This document shows positions 14,201 through 33,310 of a stretch of DNA of 64,000 bases, one piece after another. A program made the position numbers and the translations under genes. The notes under the pieces were generated by a model. The model worked only from the letters and a program-made list of their open reading frames with translations, searched no databases and was not told the DNA's origin. Numbering within the stretch: position 1 is the stretch's first letter; every line of letters begins with the position of its first letter. This stretch comes from the human T2T-CHM13v2.0 reference genome, Homo sapiens. Location of the stretch: the NCBI RefSeq assembly GCF_009914755.1, contig NC_060930.1; one strand, 5' to 3'.

Positions 14201-15805
14201 ACAAAATAAAACAAATCCTCTAATGCTATCAGAGCCAAGAAATCTATCAATCATATATACATTTTTTAAATCCAGGAGTGTTTACATTTCAGCATATAAA
14301 TCTTATCAAGCTAAAATAGAGTATATATTCTGATGTTGTAATTGATAGATCATACCCTCACTGGCTTTGAGAGTCCCCAAACATTTATTGTAAAGGTTTC
14401 CAACTACACTAGCAATCTTTTGTAATTGAATAAAATGCCAATTTATATTTGTTGAATAAAAGATTATCTGGGGTACTGCTCCTTCCGAAATGAAGCAATT
14501 TCTTTGTTGTTTTAATAAGTGAACATTTTTTGGTTTTCTTTTGCAGTATTTATTTTGCTTAGGTCAATGGACAATTATTTAAATATTTAAATGCAAATAT
14601 ATAGAAATAAAATGTCACTTTAAAATCACTTAAGAAAGGAAAAACGTCAACATACTTTTATTAACATTCTTTAATAAACGTATGGCTAATTTGTATGTAA
14701 AGCACAGCCTGTTTCCAGGTACCCAGTCCAATCAAATGTTTATAGTTTGATTAAAAATAAATTGATCACATTATAATAGTTCAATATAAGTCTTATTTGG
14801 CTGTTTAGGTTGCTAAGAATTTCCCATTGTTTTTATCCATTACCAGGGAGGTAAGTATTCAATAAGTCAAAAACAAAAACAAAGCAAGCATATTTTAAAA
14901 TGTCATTTATGCTGACTTGGCTAAGCTTAAGCTTATACTTAAGCTTGAATCCTAGATATTCACTTAGACAATGTATGTCATAGTATTCATTTCATCCTTT
15001 GCCATTCATTAAAACACCAAAGGAGCGATCATCCTCACTCATTGCATCAATCATTTATTTATTAGGTATTTATTTTCTGCTCACACAGGAGGCTAACTTC
15101 TCCAGTTATAAGGTTCAACATAGACCAATGAGGTTTTGGTGGGATTGGTGGGTAAACAAAAAAGGGAATATAAGCAGTTGATTGTGGTGGGCCACGAAGC
15201 GCAGGTGAATCTTGTGTTGAATAGTTTCCCTGACTGTATTCTGTCTGACACCTAATGTTACTTAGTCCTTACAACTTTGGGGAAGAACTGGTGCCCTTAC
15301 TATCAGATGCTTGGAGATGATCAGCTCTCCTGATGTCACAGAGAAGCTACATCTCTTCCAAACTGTCTCAACACTTTTATAATATGAAAGATCTATCAGT
15401 AAGTCAGAATGTGCCTTTTGTGAAGTCATAAAAGCATAATGTAAACCAGTGATTTTTGACATCACTGTTAAAATGGGTAATAGTATCTCAACCATAATAC
15501 CTGAAGCGCCCAAACTGTACACTGCCGGAGACCTTATCTGATTCCCTCAGCCTGATGCCTCCTGGGCTTCCTTTTTACCAGGCTCCTGTCTTATTAGACC
15601 AGCCATCACCTGGTGGTATTCTTTAGTCTGTTTCCCCACTAGTCTCTAACCCATTCTTCATCTGTGTGCCAGGGGCACAGAAGATGTTTCACAGACATTA
15701 GTTGATTAACAAATGAATGAATGAGTGAATTGATGAGTATCCAGAAGACAGATGTTAAGAGGAATAATGAAGTCTTCTATCTGTGGATGTATCAATGGCA
15801 TAGGG

Positions 15806-16018
15806 CAGGGATCAACAAAGTTTTTCTATAAAGGGCCAGATAGTAAATACTTTAGGCTTTGTGGACTGTATGGTTTCTATAGCAACTACTGAACTTGGCT
15901 GGTGTAGCTAAAAAGCAGCCATAGACAATAGTAAATGAGTGAGTATGGCTGTGTTCCAATCAAACTTTGTTTACAAAAAGAGGCAAGGGGTTGGATTTGC
16001 CTGTGGGTTATAGACCCC
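15806..16018 (+). mobile_element. MER58A (hAT-Charlie)
   Basis: aaagggccagatagtaaatactttaggctttg...tggctgtgttccaat matches recalled MER58A. Confidence 0.8.
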
Positions 16019-16699
16019 AAGTTATAATCATTACCTTTGATATTTTAAGGATGTGATTTACACCTATAGGTTTACTGAAGATCAGTGTATTAAAAAAGGA
16101 GGAAGATTTCAAACAATTCAATAAAAATTAAGAAGAAGTGTTGGATAAATATTAATTATTTGCGATGAGAACTCAGTGCTAATCAACCAAATTTTCTTTT
16201 CTCACTGATGACACGGAACAATTTATTTTAAAACTCAAAGAGGAAAGCAAGGATTGTTACTCTTTCTTAAAATATAATGGTATTTTATTGCTCAATATGT
16301 AAAAAGGAAGAATGGAAAATTTTTACCTTCAAAATTATTTTTTTAGTGTTGGTTGCCCAGGGGCAAAGAGGAAGTCCAGCCTCTTTGTTTGAAGAGCTGG
16401 AAAAAATTTAAAACGTGTGAAATGGTAACTCTGGAAGCACGGCCACTGTGCATCATGTTATCTTTTGCATATTCTTTTAATCAACGTAAATACTGTGCTA
16501 TTTCAACAAACTAGGTCAGATCTTTCCTTTGTCCTATCTCTCCAGTCCCTTCTCTGTTAGTAATTAATCTGCAACTGTAGAGGTTCTGGATGAACCCTTT
16601 TCCTCCTTTCTCTTGCTCTACTTGAGGCCTTTCCTTGCCTTTCTCCTTTGTTGTAGGGCAGCTGGTGTTGGCCTTATATGTTGGTGGATGGTTTTGGAG

Positions 16700-16930
16700 G
16701 CAGTAAACCAGGACGGATCATGCTCTAAAAACCACAGGCCTGGGAATTAGGCAACCTTGTGTGTACATCTCACTCCTGTATCCACCAGCTGTGGGACTGG
16801 AGATGCTTCAGTGAACTTCCCTAAGCTTGAACTTCCTCATTCATAAACTAAGGGTGATGATAATACTTACCATGCAGAGGCTTTGGGAGGGTGAGATGAG
16901 ATTATGAACATAAAGCCCTCCTAGAACTTT
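16700..16930 (+). mobile_element. MIR
   Basis: cttcctcattcataaactaagggtgatgataatacttacc core. Confidence 0.55.
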
Positions 16931-19900
16931 CTAAATGTGCAGCAGAATTTCACTGCTGGTGCTGTGACTCCTACTACCGCTCTTGTTTTTATAACTGGGA
17001 GTTGTCCTGCTATCAAGGAAGTGTGCATTAGGCTTTGACATCCTGATGGCATCCTTAAGGGTAATTCTCCTTAATGAGAGCCTTCATCAAGAGCATTTAT
17101 TTTGGGGAGTCGGATATCAGAAGTCTTGAAGCCAAGAGCAGAGCAGACACAGGAACTTAGAATAAGTCTGGAGGTATCCAGTATATTTCAAGGAATTTGT
17201 GTTCTTGCTGTTTCACCTCTAATTTTGTTGTTGTTGTTGTTGGCTTGGTGTGTTTTAGCATATTCTCTTTTAGGATTGTCCTAGAGACACCGTTTGTTTC
17301 TTGTCTGTTTTTAGAGTAAGACCAAAGACAGATAGAGCAAAAAGGACTGCCCCTCTACCCTAAGGCTGTGATTTCCTTATTTTGAAACTGTGCTCAAGGC
17401 TGATCTTCTCCAGAAAATTTGTCCTGATTAGGTGGCTTGGGAGCAACACATGCTCACAAACATTCGTCAGTCTTCAGCTGACTTTGTGTGCAATGATTTT
17501 TTAAAGCACATTTATTCATCATCACCTGACTAACTTTTCTATCACTTCCAGGCCTCTTACGTTCCCCTTGAAGTTTTTATGGCCCCAAAATGTGGCCGAG
17601 GTTGTCCTCTTATGTAAGCGCCCATGAGCTCACAAAGCAAAGTACTTATTTTTGTTTTTTACCTCCCTGATCACCTCCATTAGACTGCAGATACCAAAGG
17701 GCTTACCTTAATATGATATTCCCAGCAATTAGAAGAGCCATAGGCACATTCTAAGTGCTCAGTAGATATTTGTATAGAAAATAACTGTCAGAGCCTTGTT
17801 CATTCTGCATATTCTAATAGTTTATATTAAATAAGTCACTTGGAATATTGCTGAACTATTAGTAGTAACTACTACTACTAAATTGATGGTGAAATTCATG
17901 AGTTAATCTATCCCAGTAATTGTAGAATATTACTTAAAAATAAAGGGTTCTATCCACACAGTTTTGGAATTAGTAGATGAGAAAATGCATATACTATTGT
18001 GACTCCTTCTGAGATTGGACCCAACTAATTATACATTTTTGTTTAGACAGCATGCAGCATAGAGATGAAGAAGAGAAACCAATTTTTTTTTAAAAGCAGG
18101 AAGAATAAGAATTATTCCAAAGCAAGAATAATCATTCTTCTTTTGTAGGGATTTCATAAAACATGTATCTTATTCTGTGAGTGAGACATGTTCTCAGTTC
18201 TAACAAACCATTGAGAGGCTTATTAAATGAAAAGTGTTCAGGAATCATCAATTGAATGTGATATTTGATATTTTAGCTTGCCTTTATATTTTTCTTAATA
18301 AAAAAATCCTTTAGTTCTCTAACAGAAATGTTAGAAAAATGTTACTTTGATGCTTTTAAGGACCCTTTCCTAACCCACAAGGCTAAAGTATATTAATAAC
18401 AGAGAGGTGTAAGGCAGGAGGGGTGGGGGTGTAATTGAACGTGTCTGGTCTTCCTGTGGTTTTTTCCTTGTGGCTGCTGGTGGCTACAAATGGCCATGTA
18501 CCCCAGGGGAAGTGAATGCAACAGCATGGGAGTGAGAGCGTTTTTGTGTTCTCTGCCAATTATTAGGTGTGATTGAATATTTTGAAAGAAGCCAGTACAT
18601 AAAAATGGACATTTGGCTAGTGCCTGATAGAAGTGATTCTTTTTCCGCCTGTTTTCTTTTCAAATGTGTTTGATATTCTGACTTTAGACTCTGCCTACCC
18701 CTCTTGTTATCAGAGGTAGACATCAGTCTTACAAAGGACACTCGATAGATATGGGGAGGATGACACTGGGTTTAGAATGTTTTTTCCTTCTCTAGCTCCC
18801 ATAGGTCTGTGTTTTCCCTTGTTCTGTTATAGGGAAGCCTTTGCTTCATCTTGTTTTGTTCCAAGACTGTAGTAATCAAAGTCTATACCAAAAAGGCCTT
18901 TGGATTTAGGCTTTTAGTTGTAAGAATGAGGAATGCCAATATTGTTTCCCAAGCATGACCACTGATACTTTTAATTTTATGGTATTTTCAGAATAAAAGG
19001 CATAACAGAATTTGTAATTTTTATAATTTTAAGGAAATTTCTTTATACTCCTTTATTGGAAAACATCTTCTATAGAATGTTGCATTTCATACTTTTAACA
19101 GAAAACACAATAGTAGCAGGAGCAGTGTTTGGTGATCATTAATCTTCACTAGGATTTGAGAACTCTTAATTAAAGAATTATGGAAGGCCTGGGAATTTTT
19201 TGGCAACACATATAAATATAAAAAGAGAGAGTCTTCTAGCAAAATATTAATCACTTACAGCCAATTCAAATGATGGCCAGCAAACAGAATTTGAACATTG
19301 CATCCCTCCTTTTGATCAATTCTCCATGTTGCTAATTGTTAGAAATCAGGAGTAGAGGGCTTGTCTTCATTCTGGAGTCCTGTTTAGAGTTTTGAGGAAT
19401 CACTTTAGCATAAAGGATGGTACTGTATTGTCAGGAATTTGTATTTCCAGCATTCTCTTTAGAACCAATGTGCCAGTTTTTGCCATCTTAGTCACATGTA
19501 CAGGTAGCAAGGTAAACATGGATTATGGTCTATATGTTTGTACGGCTGCTTTGTGGGGGATCAGTTTTTGATAACTAGAAGGATGACATGACGTATGATG
19601 TACTCAGTCCTTAAAGGAGCATTTAGTTTAATTTTCTTTAGACCTATCCACCAAACTATAAGATCCATGGGGACAAGTTTGTCAATTTAGCTCATCATCA
19701 TGCGATGCCTGGCCCAGCAAAAATGCCATATACACATCTATTGAATGAAATGGAAGTAAGTGGGAGTAGTGTTAAGATATTTGAAACTGAAATTTTCCAT
19801 ATAAACCAGTAGCTTTCTGTTCAAAATGTAAAAATAAAAATGTCTATCCATACAATATAATTTTATGAATTTCTCACTTTTATTTGTGTGAAATAAAATT

Positions 19901-20174
19901 TTCTGAAGAGAAGTGTAATTTTAACCATGCTATTGCTTTTTATAATGCTTAGTGTTGTAGGATGGTTGCTTATAGATAAACACTATTATGGTAGTTATTA
20001 CTTGAGATTTAACATTTTTCTTCTTTATAAAATCATTCAGTATTATTTGATTAATTTTTAGAAGTATCCATAAAGAGAACAGGTGGCACCGTTTTTTTCC
20101 CTCTGAGTAGAAGACTAACTTAGAAAGGTTATTATGATATAATCATTTGTTTAGCAGGAATTAGAATAAGTATC

Positions 20175-20350
20175 TTAGAATGGAAGGGACCTTAGAAATA
20201 ATCTAATCCTCCCACTGCCAGTCATTTTGCAGATAAGGAGATTGGGTCATGGAGCGGTTAAGAGATTTGCCCAAGGTCACACAGCTAGTTTTCATCAGAG
20301 CTAGAACTATAGCTCACTTTTTTTTCTTGATTCCAGTGTTCTGCCCCGCT
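20175..20350 (-). mobile_element. MIR (MIR3/MIRc-like)
   Basis: cattttgcagataaggag...ttgcccaaggtcacacagctagt. Confidence 0.7.
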
Positions 20351-20932
20351 ATATCTTAGGCCTCATTTCTGTAGTTCAGAAGTGGTCTACATTTCTTATA
20401 TTTTAGAAGTTATTTGAGCTTGTTCATCACCTAAGAAATGTATCACTGAGAGCTCGCATAGGGAAAATACGAGGAAATACTAATGCCATGCCATAGAAAT
20501 ATATATACAGTAGCCTCCAGTACCATAGTTTAGTATGGTAAAATTCAACATACTGCATCAGAAAGTTCATGGACTGCAAACTAGAATTGTGGATTACCAA
20601 CCTGGCTCTGCTGCTAACTAGCTGTTTGAGCTTAGCTGGGTCATTTGTCTCTCTAGACAGTGAGAGAATAGCACTTTGATAGTTGCTTGAGGTTGCCTCT
20701 AGTTCTGTTCCTCCAACAGTCTATCATTGCCCAGAAAAAGTGATCCTGTATTTTTGAAGCTGTGCCCAAAATATCTCTTTATTCAATCATGGTCTGTGAA
20801 CTAGCGTGAATGAACAGAAGTCCGTTTCCAGGTGGACTAAAGACATGACAGTTGAAATTATATTGTAAGAAACTGTTGCCCTGCTATTGTTTCCCATATT
20901 CAAGGAAAAAGGAAAAAAAAAGTACTAGATGG

Positions 20933-21287
20933 TACGCTGTCCAGTATAGTAGCCACTAGCCTCATATGGCTATGGAGTACTTGAAATGTGGCTAGTACAA
21001 ATTAAGATGTGCTGTAAGAAAATACGGTCTGGATTTTGAAAATGTAAAATGAAAAGAGAATGGTAAAATATGTATTTCATTTAATGCTTGTGACAAGGTA
21101 AATGATAATATTTTGGATGTGTTGGGTTAAAATGATAATATTTTGGTTGTGTTGGGTTAAAATGAAAATATTTTGGATGTGTTGGGTTAAAATATGTTAT
21201 TAATTTTTCATTTTACTTTTTAACAAAGTAGCTCCTAGACAATTTAAAATTAAATATGTAGCTCACATGATATTTCTATCGGACAGC
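20933..21287. mobile_element. MER33-like hAT-Charlie element
   Basis: cgctgtccagtatagtagccactagc...ttgaaatgtggctagt at left end; atttctatcggacagc at right end. Confidence 0.7.
21101..21190. repeat. 30-bp tandem triplication
   Basis: aatgataatattttggatgtgttgggttaa x3; copies 2 and 3 each differ from copy 1 by one base. Confidence 0.95.
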
Positions 21288-23412
21288 TTACATCCATACT
21301 ACAGCTTGACTCCTTTTTAATTTGGAGAATAACTCTTTGTGTCTTAGAAGCCTTGTGAATACCATGGTGTGTTGAGAACACTGAGAATGTGCTGGAGAAT
21401 ATGGGAATGACAGGTGACTATGAAGTCATTGAGAGGAGTAAGATTCTCATGGTTGAGGTAGGGGTTTCCTTCTGGAAGCTGCTAGCTATGCTCCCACATT
21501 TATATTTTAATGTTAATGAGCTTACTTGGAATGCTTACAAGTAACCCGGAGATGGGTACAGTCAGCTACCAATTCACAATCAATCAACAGATTGAAATCA
21601 ATTTCCAGGGTCCCTCTAATCTCTACAGTGCCAAATGTCTTGCCTTTTAAAGGATTTTTCCTTTTCTAATGCAGTTCACTGGCTTAAAGTAGATTTAGTC
21701 TGAAGTTCTTACAATGCCAAAAGACACAATTACCCACAGGATTCATGATGTTTGGAAAATTACAGAATTTGGGGTAGAATAGATGGAATAGACACCCTAA
21801 AGGTTCATAAAGGAGTTATTATAACTTTGCCAGTAACACAAAACATTTGAGCAATAATGATTGTAAACTTGTGGGATAACCACCATCATCATAACAAGCT
21901 ATAGGGCTCTTTGAAAATAGCATTGAATTTAAGTCTTGAAAGAATGAATAGAGCACTGAACTGATTATGTTGTTTAGTGTGTGTCAATATTGCCTTAAAC
22001 TAAGAAAGTGTAACTGTTTATTGAACATAGTAATATTTAGACTTACATATCTTAGAGGTTTTCTCTATATGGCTGAAAGCTAGCTCCAGCCTTAGAGTTG
22101 AAACGGACATTTTTAGCGAATGGAAAAATAGAGATTCAAACATAGTAAGTGATTCAGTGGTGCCATACCTGGGGCCCACATCTGTTGATTTCAAGTCAAA
22201 TACTGTTTCCATGTTACTGTGGAAATACACTTCCATAAATCTACTGTTATTTTTTAAACGTTAACTTTAAAAAGCACTAAATCCCAAGATTACAAGATCA
22301 CATCACTAAAGCACAAGTCTTCCAGCTTTATAAATTTTCTTGATGACTTGTTTCTTAAATTACAGAATAAAATGCAGCAGGACCTATTCAGAACCCCCAA
22401 CCCTCTATGAAAGCTACTTATTTATAAACAAATTAAGTAGGAAAATAAATTTTAAAAACAGAGTATTGAGAAACAAATACTCTTTAAACACTAATGGAAC
22501 ATCTTGTTTGCTGGCTAGAAGAAAGGAACACTTGTGTTGAACAACTAATAGTGACTCTTGAGGTCAGGACCTCCTGAAACTAAAACAAGTATCAAAGGAA
22601 AAGGAAAGAAGGATTTGCTTTACCTAATGACTAAGTAGGCTCCTAGGGACTGACACCTCTGCAAGAAAACAACTATGAAATCTGGGTATAATACAAAAAG
22701 CAGCCACTTGACAACACTATAGCAGAAACACAAGTAGGCAGAGTCTATTAGAGGAGTATCTTCTTGGAGGAGGGGAATCAGATAGAGTTATTGCTTTTTG
22801 TCAGGACTTTTCCTCTTTAGACATGGCATGCAGGATAACAGAGTGCTGCTGAAGGAATCTACAGTCCTTCAAGAAAGGGGACCAGAAAACTGAATCCGGG
22901 GAAACCTCAGCCACCAGAGAGGAAAAGAGTTACACGTGGGATTCCCATATTCTGTCTCCAACATAGGTGGCTTACCCATGATTCACATATACATGAAACA
23001 GATTCAAAGCCTCCAGTTAAAGATAAAATATCTGAATTGGGACCAGAGTTGTCATCCAGAAATCAGAATTTGCAGTTCTGAGGTGAAACAAGATAATTTT
23101 GTGGTAAATTTAAAGGGAAGAACACTCATAGGAGAAAACTAACAATCCAGAGTCTCTACATCTCAATATTAATAACGTCTAGGATGCAATCCACAATTAC
23201 ATGACACACAAATCATTAGGACAATGGTGTATATCCTCATGAGGAAAGAACATTAACTGATGTCAACACCAAGATGGCTCAGGTATTGGAAGTAACAGAC
23301 AAGATTTAAGACAGCTATCACGACCATACTCTATGCAGTAAATACACCGTGCTTATAGTGAATGAAGAGATAGAAATCTCTGCCAAAAAATAAAAAAGAT
23401 AAAGAACCAATG

Positions 23413-23809
<397 letters not shown>

Positions 23810-23893
23810 TCAATAGTAATTATTCGATATAGAGAATAGAGAGAAAAAACAGATTGAAATAAAAATGAACTGCGCTTCAGAGATCTGTTACAG

Positions 23894-24233
23894 CAGGGGT
23901 CCCCAACCCCTGGGCAATGGTTTAGTACCAGTCTGTGGCTATTAGGAACTGGGTCACACAGCAGGAGGTGAGCAGCAGATGAGCAAGCATTACCGCCTGA
24001 GCTCCACCTCCTGTCAGATCAGCAGTGGCATTAGATTCTCACAGGAGCACGAACTGTATTGTGAACTGTACATGCGAAGGATCTAGTTTGCACATTCCTT
24101 ATGAGAATCTAATGCCTGATGATCTGAGGTGGAAAAGTTTCATCCTGAAACCATCCCCGACAACCCTTCTGTTCTGTGGAAAAATTGTTTTCCATGAAAC
24201 CAGTTCCTTGTGCCAAAAAGTTGGGGACTGCTG
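23894..24233 (+). mobile_element. MER1B (hAT-Charlie), complete
   Basis: TIRs caggggtccccaac / gttggggactgctg; 8-bp TSD tgttacag (23886-23893) / tgttagag (24234-24241). Confidence 0.88.
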
Positions 24234-24642
24234 TGTTAGAGAATATTAACTGGTTTAATTTATTACATGTACTTGTAGTCTGAGAAATAGAAGAGTGAAA
24301 CGATGAAACAGAAAAAAGTATTTAAAGAAATAATAGCCAATATTTTCCCAAATTTGATAAAAAACATAAATATACAGGTTCAAGTTGACACCGGATACCA
24401 AGCCGAATAAACAGAAAGGCCACACAAAAACACAGCATAGTCAAAGCAGTAAAAGTCAAAGATAAAGCAAAAATCTTATAAGTATTGAAAGAATAATAAT
24501 GTGATTAGCACCTGGCTTTTCCTCAGAGACACTGGAGACAGAAAAGTATGGAACATTTTTATAGTGCTAAAAAAAACCCTGTCAACCAAAGTGTCTATAT
24601 CCCAGCAACAATATCCTTAAAAGTAAGTATTTTCTAGACTAT

Positions 24643-24828
24643 CACTGTGCAATACAATTGGACAATAACGGAAATATCTGTGTCTGTGGCTATCTAGTAG
24701 AGTAGCCACCAGCCACATCTAGCTATTGAACACTTGAAATGTGGCTAGTGGTTTTGAGAAACTAAATTTTTATTTAACATAATTCAACTTAAATAGCCAC
24801 ATGTGGCTAGTGGCTACCATATTAGAAC
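24643..24828. mobile_element. MER3 (hAT-Charlie)
   Basis: tagccacatgtggctagtggctaccatattag and cacttgaaatgtggctagt motifs. Confidence 0.7.
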
Positions 24829-25363
24829 TCTAGAATACATAAACTTGAAACACTAAGATAATAATTAAATGATTCTCAGTAGCCAAAGAACATAAAGTTA
24901 TTGCCATTAGGACTGTCACAATTAACAACTAATATTTAACATGGTAAGTTTCATATGATTTATCCATAATCGTTATTCAGCTATTCTCATTACTGGAATG
25001 GTAAACTAGGTAAATTAGTATTGACTAAAGATAGTGTTATAAAATTAAGATAGCTTTTGAATAAGAATATTTAAGAAATATCTTGATTGAACAGCTAATA
25101 TAAATAGTTCAAAAGAATATCATTAAATCTTTATATATTTTTATATTTAAATATATATGTTTACTGTAACACTTACAAAGAAATACATTTAAGCAATGTG
25201 ATGTCTCTCAAGTAGAAAGGGGAAGGCCTCCTTTGCCCTATCTCTGCTCCCTACTCCAGAGGTGATCCCCGTGAACAGTTTGGTGTGTATCTTTCCAGAC
25301 TTGTTTCCATGCACATCTGTATACATGCACATCTGTGTGCTTCTACTTATTTGGAAGCTTTAC

Positions 25364-26528
25364 TTTTTTTTTTTTATTTCCATAGGTTATTAGGGAACAG
25401 GTGGTATTTGGTTACATGATTAAGTTTTTCAGTGGTGACTTGTGAGATTTTGGTGCACCCATCACCCTAGCAGTACACGCTGCACCCAATTTGTAGTCTT
25501 TTATCCCTCACCCCCTTCCCACCCTTTCCCCCTGAGTCCCGAAAGTCCACTGTGTCATTCTTATGCCTTTGCATCCTCATAGCTTAGCTCCCACTTATGA
25601 GTGAGAACATAACGACTTTGGTATTTTATTCCTGAGTTACTTCACTTAAAATAATAGCCTCCAGTCTCATCCAGGTTGCTACAAATACCATTAATTCATT
25701 TCTTTTTATGGCTTAGTATTCCATCATACATATATATATATATATATATATAGTTATATATATATATATAGTTATATATATATAGTTATATAGTTATATA
25801 TATATATAGTTATATATATATAGTTATATAGATAGTTATATATATATAGTTATATAGATAGTTATATAGTTATATAGTTTTATATATATAGTTATAGTTA
25901 TATATAGTTATATATAGTCATACATATATACACACATCATATATATAGTCATATATATACACACACATATGTGTATATATAGATGCCGCAGTTTCTTTAT
26001 CCACTCATTGATTAATGAGCATTTGGGTTGGTTCCACATTTTTGCAATTGTGAATTCTGCTGCTATAAACGTGCAAGTATCTTTTTTGTATAATGACTTA
26101 TTTTCCTCTGGGTAGACACCCAGTAGTGGGATTGCTGGATCAAATGGTAGTTCTACTTTTAGTTCTTTAAGGAATCTCCACACTGTTTTCCATAGTGGTT
26201 GTATTAGTTTACATTCTCACCAGCAGTGTAGAAGTGTTCCCTGTTCACCGCACCCACAGCCACTTCTATTGTTTTTTGGTTTTTTGATTATGGCCATTCT
26301 TGAAGGAGTAGGGTGGTATCGCATTGTGGTTTTGATTTGCATTTCCCTGATTATTAGTGATGTTGAGAATTTTTTCATATGCTTGTTGGTCATTTGTATA
26401 TCTTCTTTTGATAACTGTCTATTCATGTCCTTAGCCCATATTTTGTTGGAATTGTTTGTTTTTTTCTTGCTAATTGTTTGAGTTCATTGTAGATTCTGGA
26501 TATTAGGACTTTGTCAGATGTATAGATT
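25364..26528 (-). mobile_element. L1PB-type 5'-truncated LINE-1
   Basis: Poly-T, L1PB 3'UTR (gaacaggtggtatttggttacatg...ggtgcacccatcacc), ORF2 C-terminal remnants at 25908-26426. Confidence 0.85.
25727..25980. repeat. (TA)n / (TATATAGT)n compound microsatellite inside L1PB
   Basis: Read directly: tatatatagt units mixed with pure TA runs. Confidence 0.95.
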
Positions 26529-29116
26529 AAAAAACATTTTTAATTGACACAATTTTATATATTTGTGGGGTACTGTGTGACATTTCAATACATGTATATA
26601 ATGTGTAATGATCAAATCACAGTGATTAGCATATCTGTCACCTCAAACCTTTATTGTTTATGTTAGTAACTTTCCAAATCTTTTAGCTGTTTGAAAAAAT
26701 ACAATAAATTATTGTTTACTATAGTTACCTAAAGTTCTGTAGAACACTAGGACTTATTCTTTCTATCTAGCTGCAATTTTATAGACATTAACCAATCTCT
26801 TCCTGCTCCTGTCTCTCTATCTCTTCCCAGCCTCTAGTAAACACTGTTCTGCTGTCTACATCTATGAGATCAACTTTTTTAACTTCAACATATGAACAAG
26901 AACATGCAGTATTTATCTTTCTCTGACTTATTTCACTTAACACAATGTCCCAGGCTCATCCACGTTGCCATGAATGACAGGATTTCACTTTTCTTTTATA
27001 GCTAAATAGTATTCCATTTTGTATAAATTCCACATATTCTTTATCCATTCTTCTGTTGATGGACACTTAGTTTGATCTCATATCTTGGCTATTGTGAATA
27101 GTGCTGCAATAAACATGAGAGTGCTGATATCTCTTCAACATACTGATTTCTTTTCCTTTGGATATATACACAGTAGCAAGATTCTTGAATCATATAGTAA
27201 TTCTATTTTTAGCTTTTTGAGGAAAATCCCCATAATGTTTTCCTTAATGGCTGTAGTAATTTATATTCTCTCCAACACAGCATGAGAGTTTCCTTTTTCC
27301 CACATCCTTGCCAGCCTTTGTTATTTTTTGTCTTTTTAATAATAACCCTTTTAACTGAGGTGAGATATCTCATTGTGGTTTTGATTTGCATTTTCCTGAT
27401 GTTATTTTTTTAATATACTTGTGGCCATTTGGAAATCTTCTCTGGAGAAATGTCTGTACAGATCCTCTGCCCATTTTAAAATTGGATTATTTGTTTTTTT
27501 AGCTCTTGTGTTGTTTCAGTACCGTGTATATTCTGGATATTAACCTATTGTCAGATGTATAGTTTGCAAATATTTTCTCCCATTCTGTAGGTTGTCTCTT
27601 TACTCTGTTATTTGTTTCCTTTGCTGTGAAGAAACTTTTTACTTTGGTGTAATCCCACTTGCCTATTTTTGCTTTTATTGTCATTACTTTTGAGGCCTTA
27701 ACTATAAAATATTTGCTCAGACCAATGTCTTGAAGCATTTCCCCCGTTTTCTTCTAACAGTTTCATAGTTTTAGGTCTTATATTGAAGTCTTTTATTTTG
27801 TGTTGATTTCTGTACATAGGGAGAGATAGGGGTCTAGTTTTATTGTTTATGGATATCCAGTTTTCCTAGAACCATTTATTGGAGAGGGTGTTCTTTCCTC
27901 AATTTATATTCTTGGCCCCTTTATTGAAAATCAGTTGTCTGTAAATACATGGATTTCTGGCCCCCTTATTCTGTTCCACTGTTCCATGTGTCTGTTTTTA
28001 TGTAAGTACATGCTGTTTTGGTTACTAAAGCTTTGTAGTATATTTTGAAGTCAGGTAGTATGAGGCCTCCAGTTTTGTTCTTTTTGCTCAAGATTGCTTT
28101 GGCTATTTAGGGTCTTCTGTGGTTCCATATGAATTTTAGGATTTTTTTTTTTCTATTTCTGTGAAGAATGTCATTGGTATTTTAATAGGGATTTCATTGA
28201 ATCTATAGATCACTTTAGGTAGTATATTCGATTTAATAATATTCTTCCAATCCATGAATCTGGGATATCTTTCCATTTATTTGTGATAAGTTTCTTTCAT
28301 CAGCATTTTATGGTTTTCATTGTAGAGGTCTCTCATATTGTTGGTTATATTTATTCCTATTTTATTTTAAATTTTTTAATAGCTATTGTAACTGGAATTG
28401 CTTTATTGATTTATTTCAGCTAGTTAGCTGTTGATGTGTAGGAACACTACTGATTTTTATATGTTGATTTCGTATCCTGCAACTTCACTGAATTCACTTA
28501 TCACTTCTAAAAATTTCAATGGAGTCTTTAGGTTTTCTCTATATAAAATTAGGTCATCTGTAAACAGGGACAATTTGACCTCCTCTTTTCCAATTTGGAT
28601 GCCTTTTATTTTTTTCTCTTGCCTAACTGCTTTGGCTAGAAATTCCAGTACTACATTGAATAAAAGTGGCAAAAGTGGGCATTCCTGTTTTGTTTCAGTT
28701 CTTAGAAAGCTTTCAGCATTTTCTTGAATAGTATGAGGTTGGCTGTGACTTTATTATATATTGCTTTTGTGTTTAGGTTTGTTCCTTCTTTACCTAATTT
28801 GTTGATGGCTTTTATCATGAAGGAATGTTGAAATGTATCCATGCTTTTTCTGCATCTATTGAAATGATCATATGGTTTTTGTTCTTCACTCTGTTGATGT
28901 GATGTTTTGTATTTATTTGGTTTGTGATATAATTTGGCTCTGTGTCCCCACCTAAATTTCATCTGGAATTGTAATACCTAGGTGTCAAGGGGGGGGCCTG
29001 GTAGGAGGTTATTGGATAATGAAGGCAGTTTTGCCCATGCTGTTCTCATAATAGTGAGGGAGTTCTCAGGAGATCGCATGCTATAAAAGTGTTTGGCAGT
29101 TCTCCCCCTTTCTCTT

Positions 29117-29147
<31 letters not shown>

Positions 29148-29411
29148 CTGCTGTCACATAAGATATGCCTTGCTTTCCTTTTTTTTATTTTTTTATTTTT
29201 ATTATTATTATACTTTAAGTTTTAGGGTACGTGTGCACAATGTGCAGGTTTGTTACATATGTATACATATGCCATGTTGGTGTGCTGCACCCATTAACTC
29301 GTCATTTAGCATTAGGTATATCTCCTAATGCTATCCCTCCCCCCTCCCCCAACCCCACAACAGTCCCCGGTGTGTGATGTTCCCCTTCCTGTGTCCATGT
29401 GTTCTCATTGT

Positions 29412-33247
<3,836 letters not shown>

Positions 33248-33310
33248 TATGATGTTAGCTGGTTATTTTGCTCGTTAGTTGATGCAGTTTCTTCCTGGCC
33301 TTGATGGTCT

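Noticed and set aside
21101-21190. CRISPR-like array
   Set aside because: Head-to-tail repeats without spacers in eukaryotic DNA
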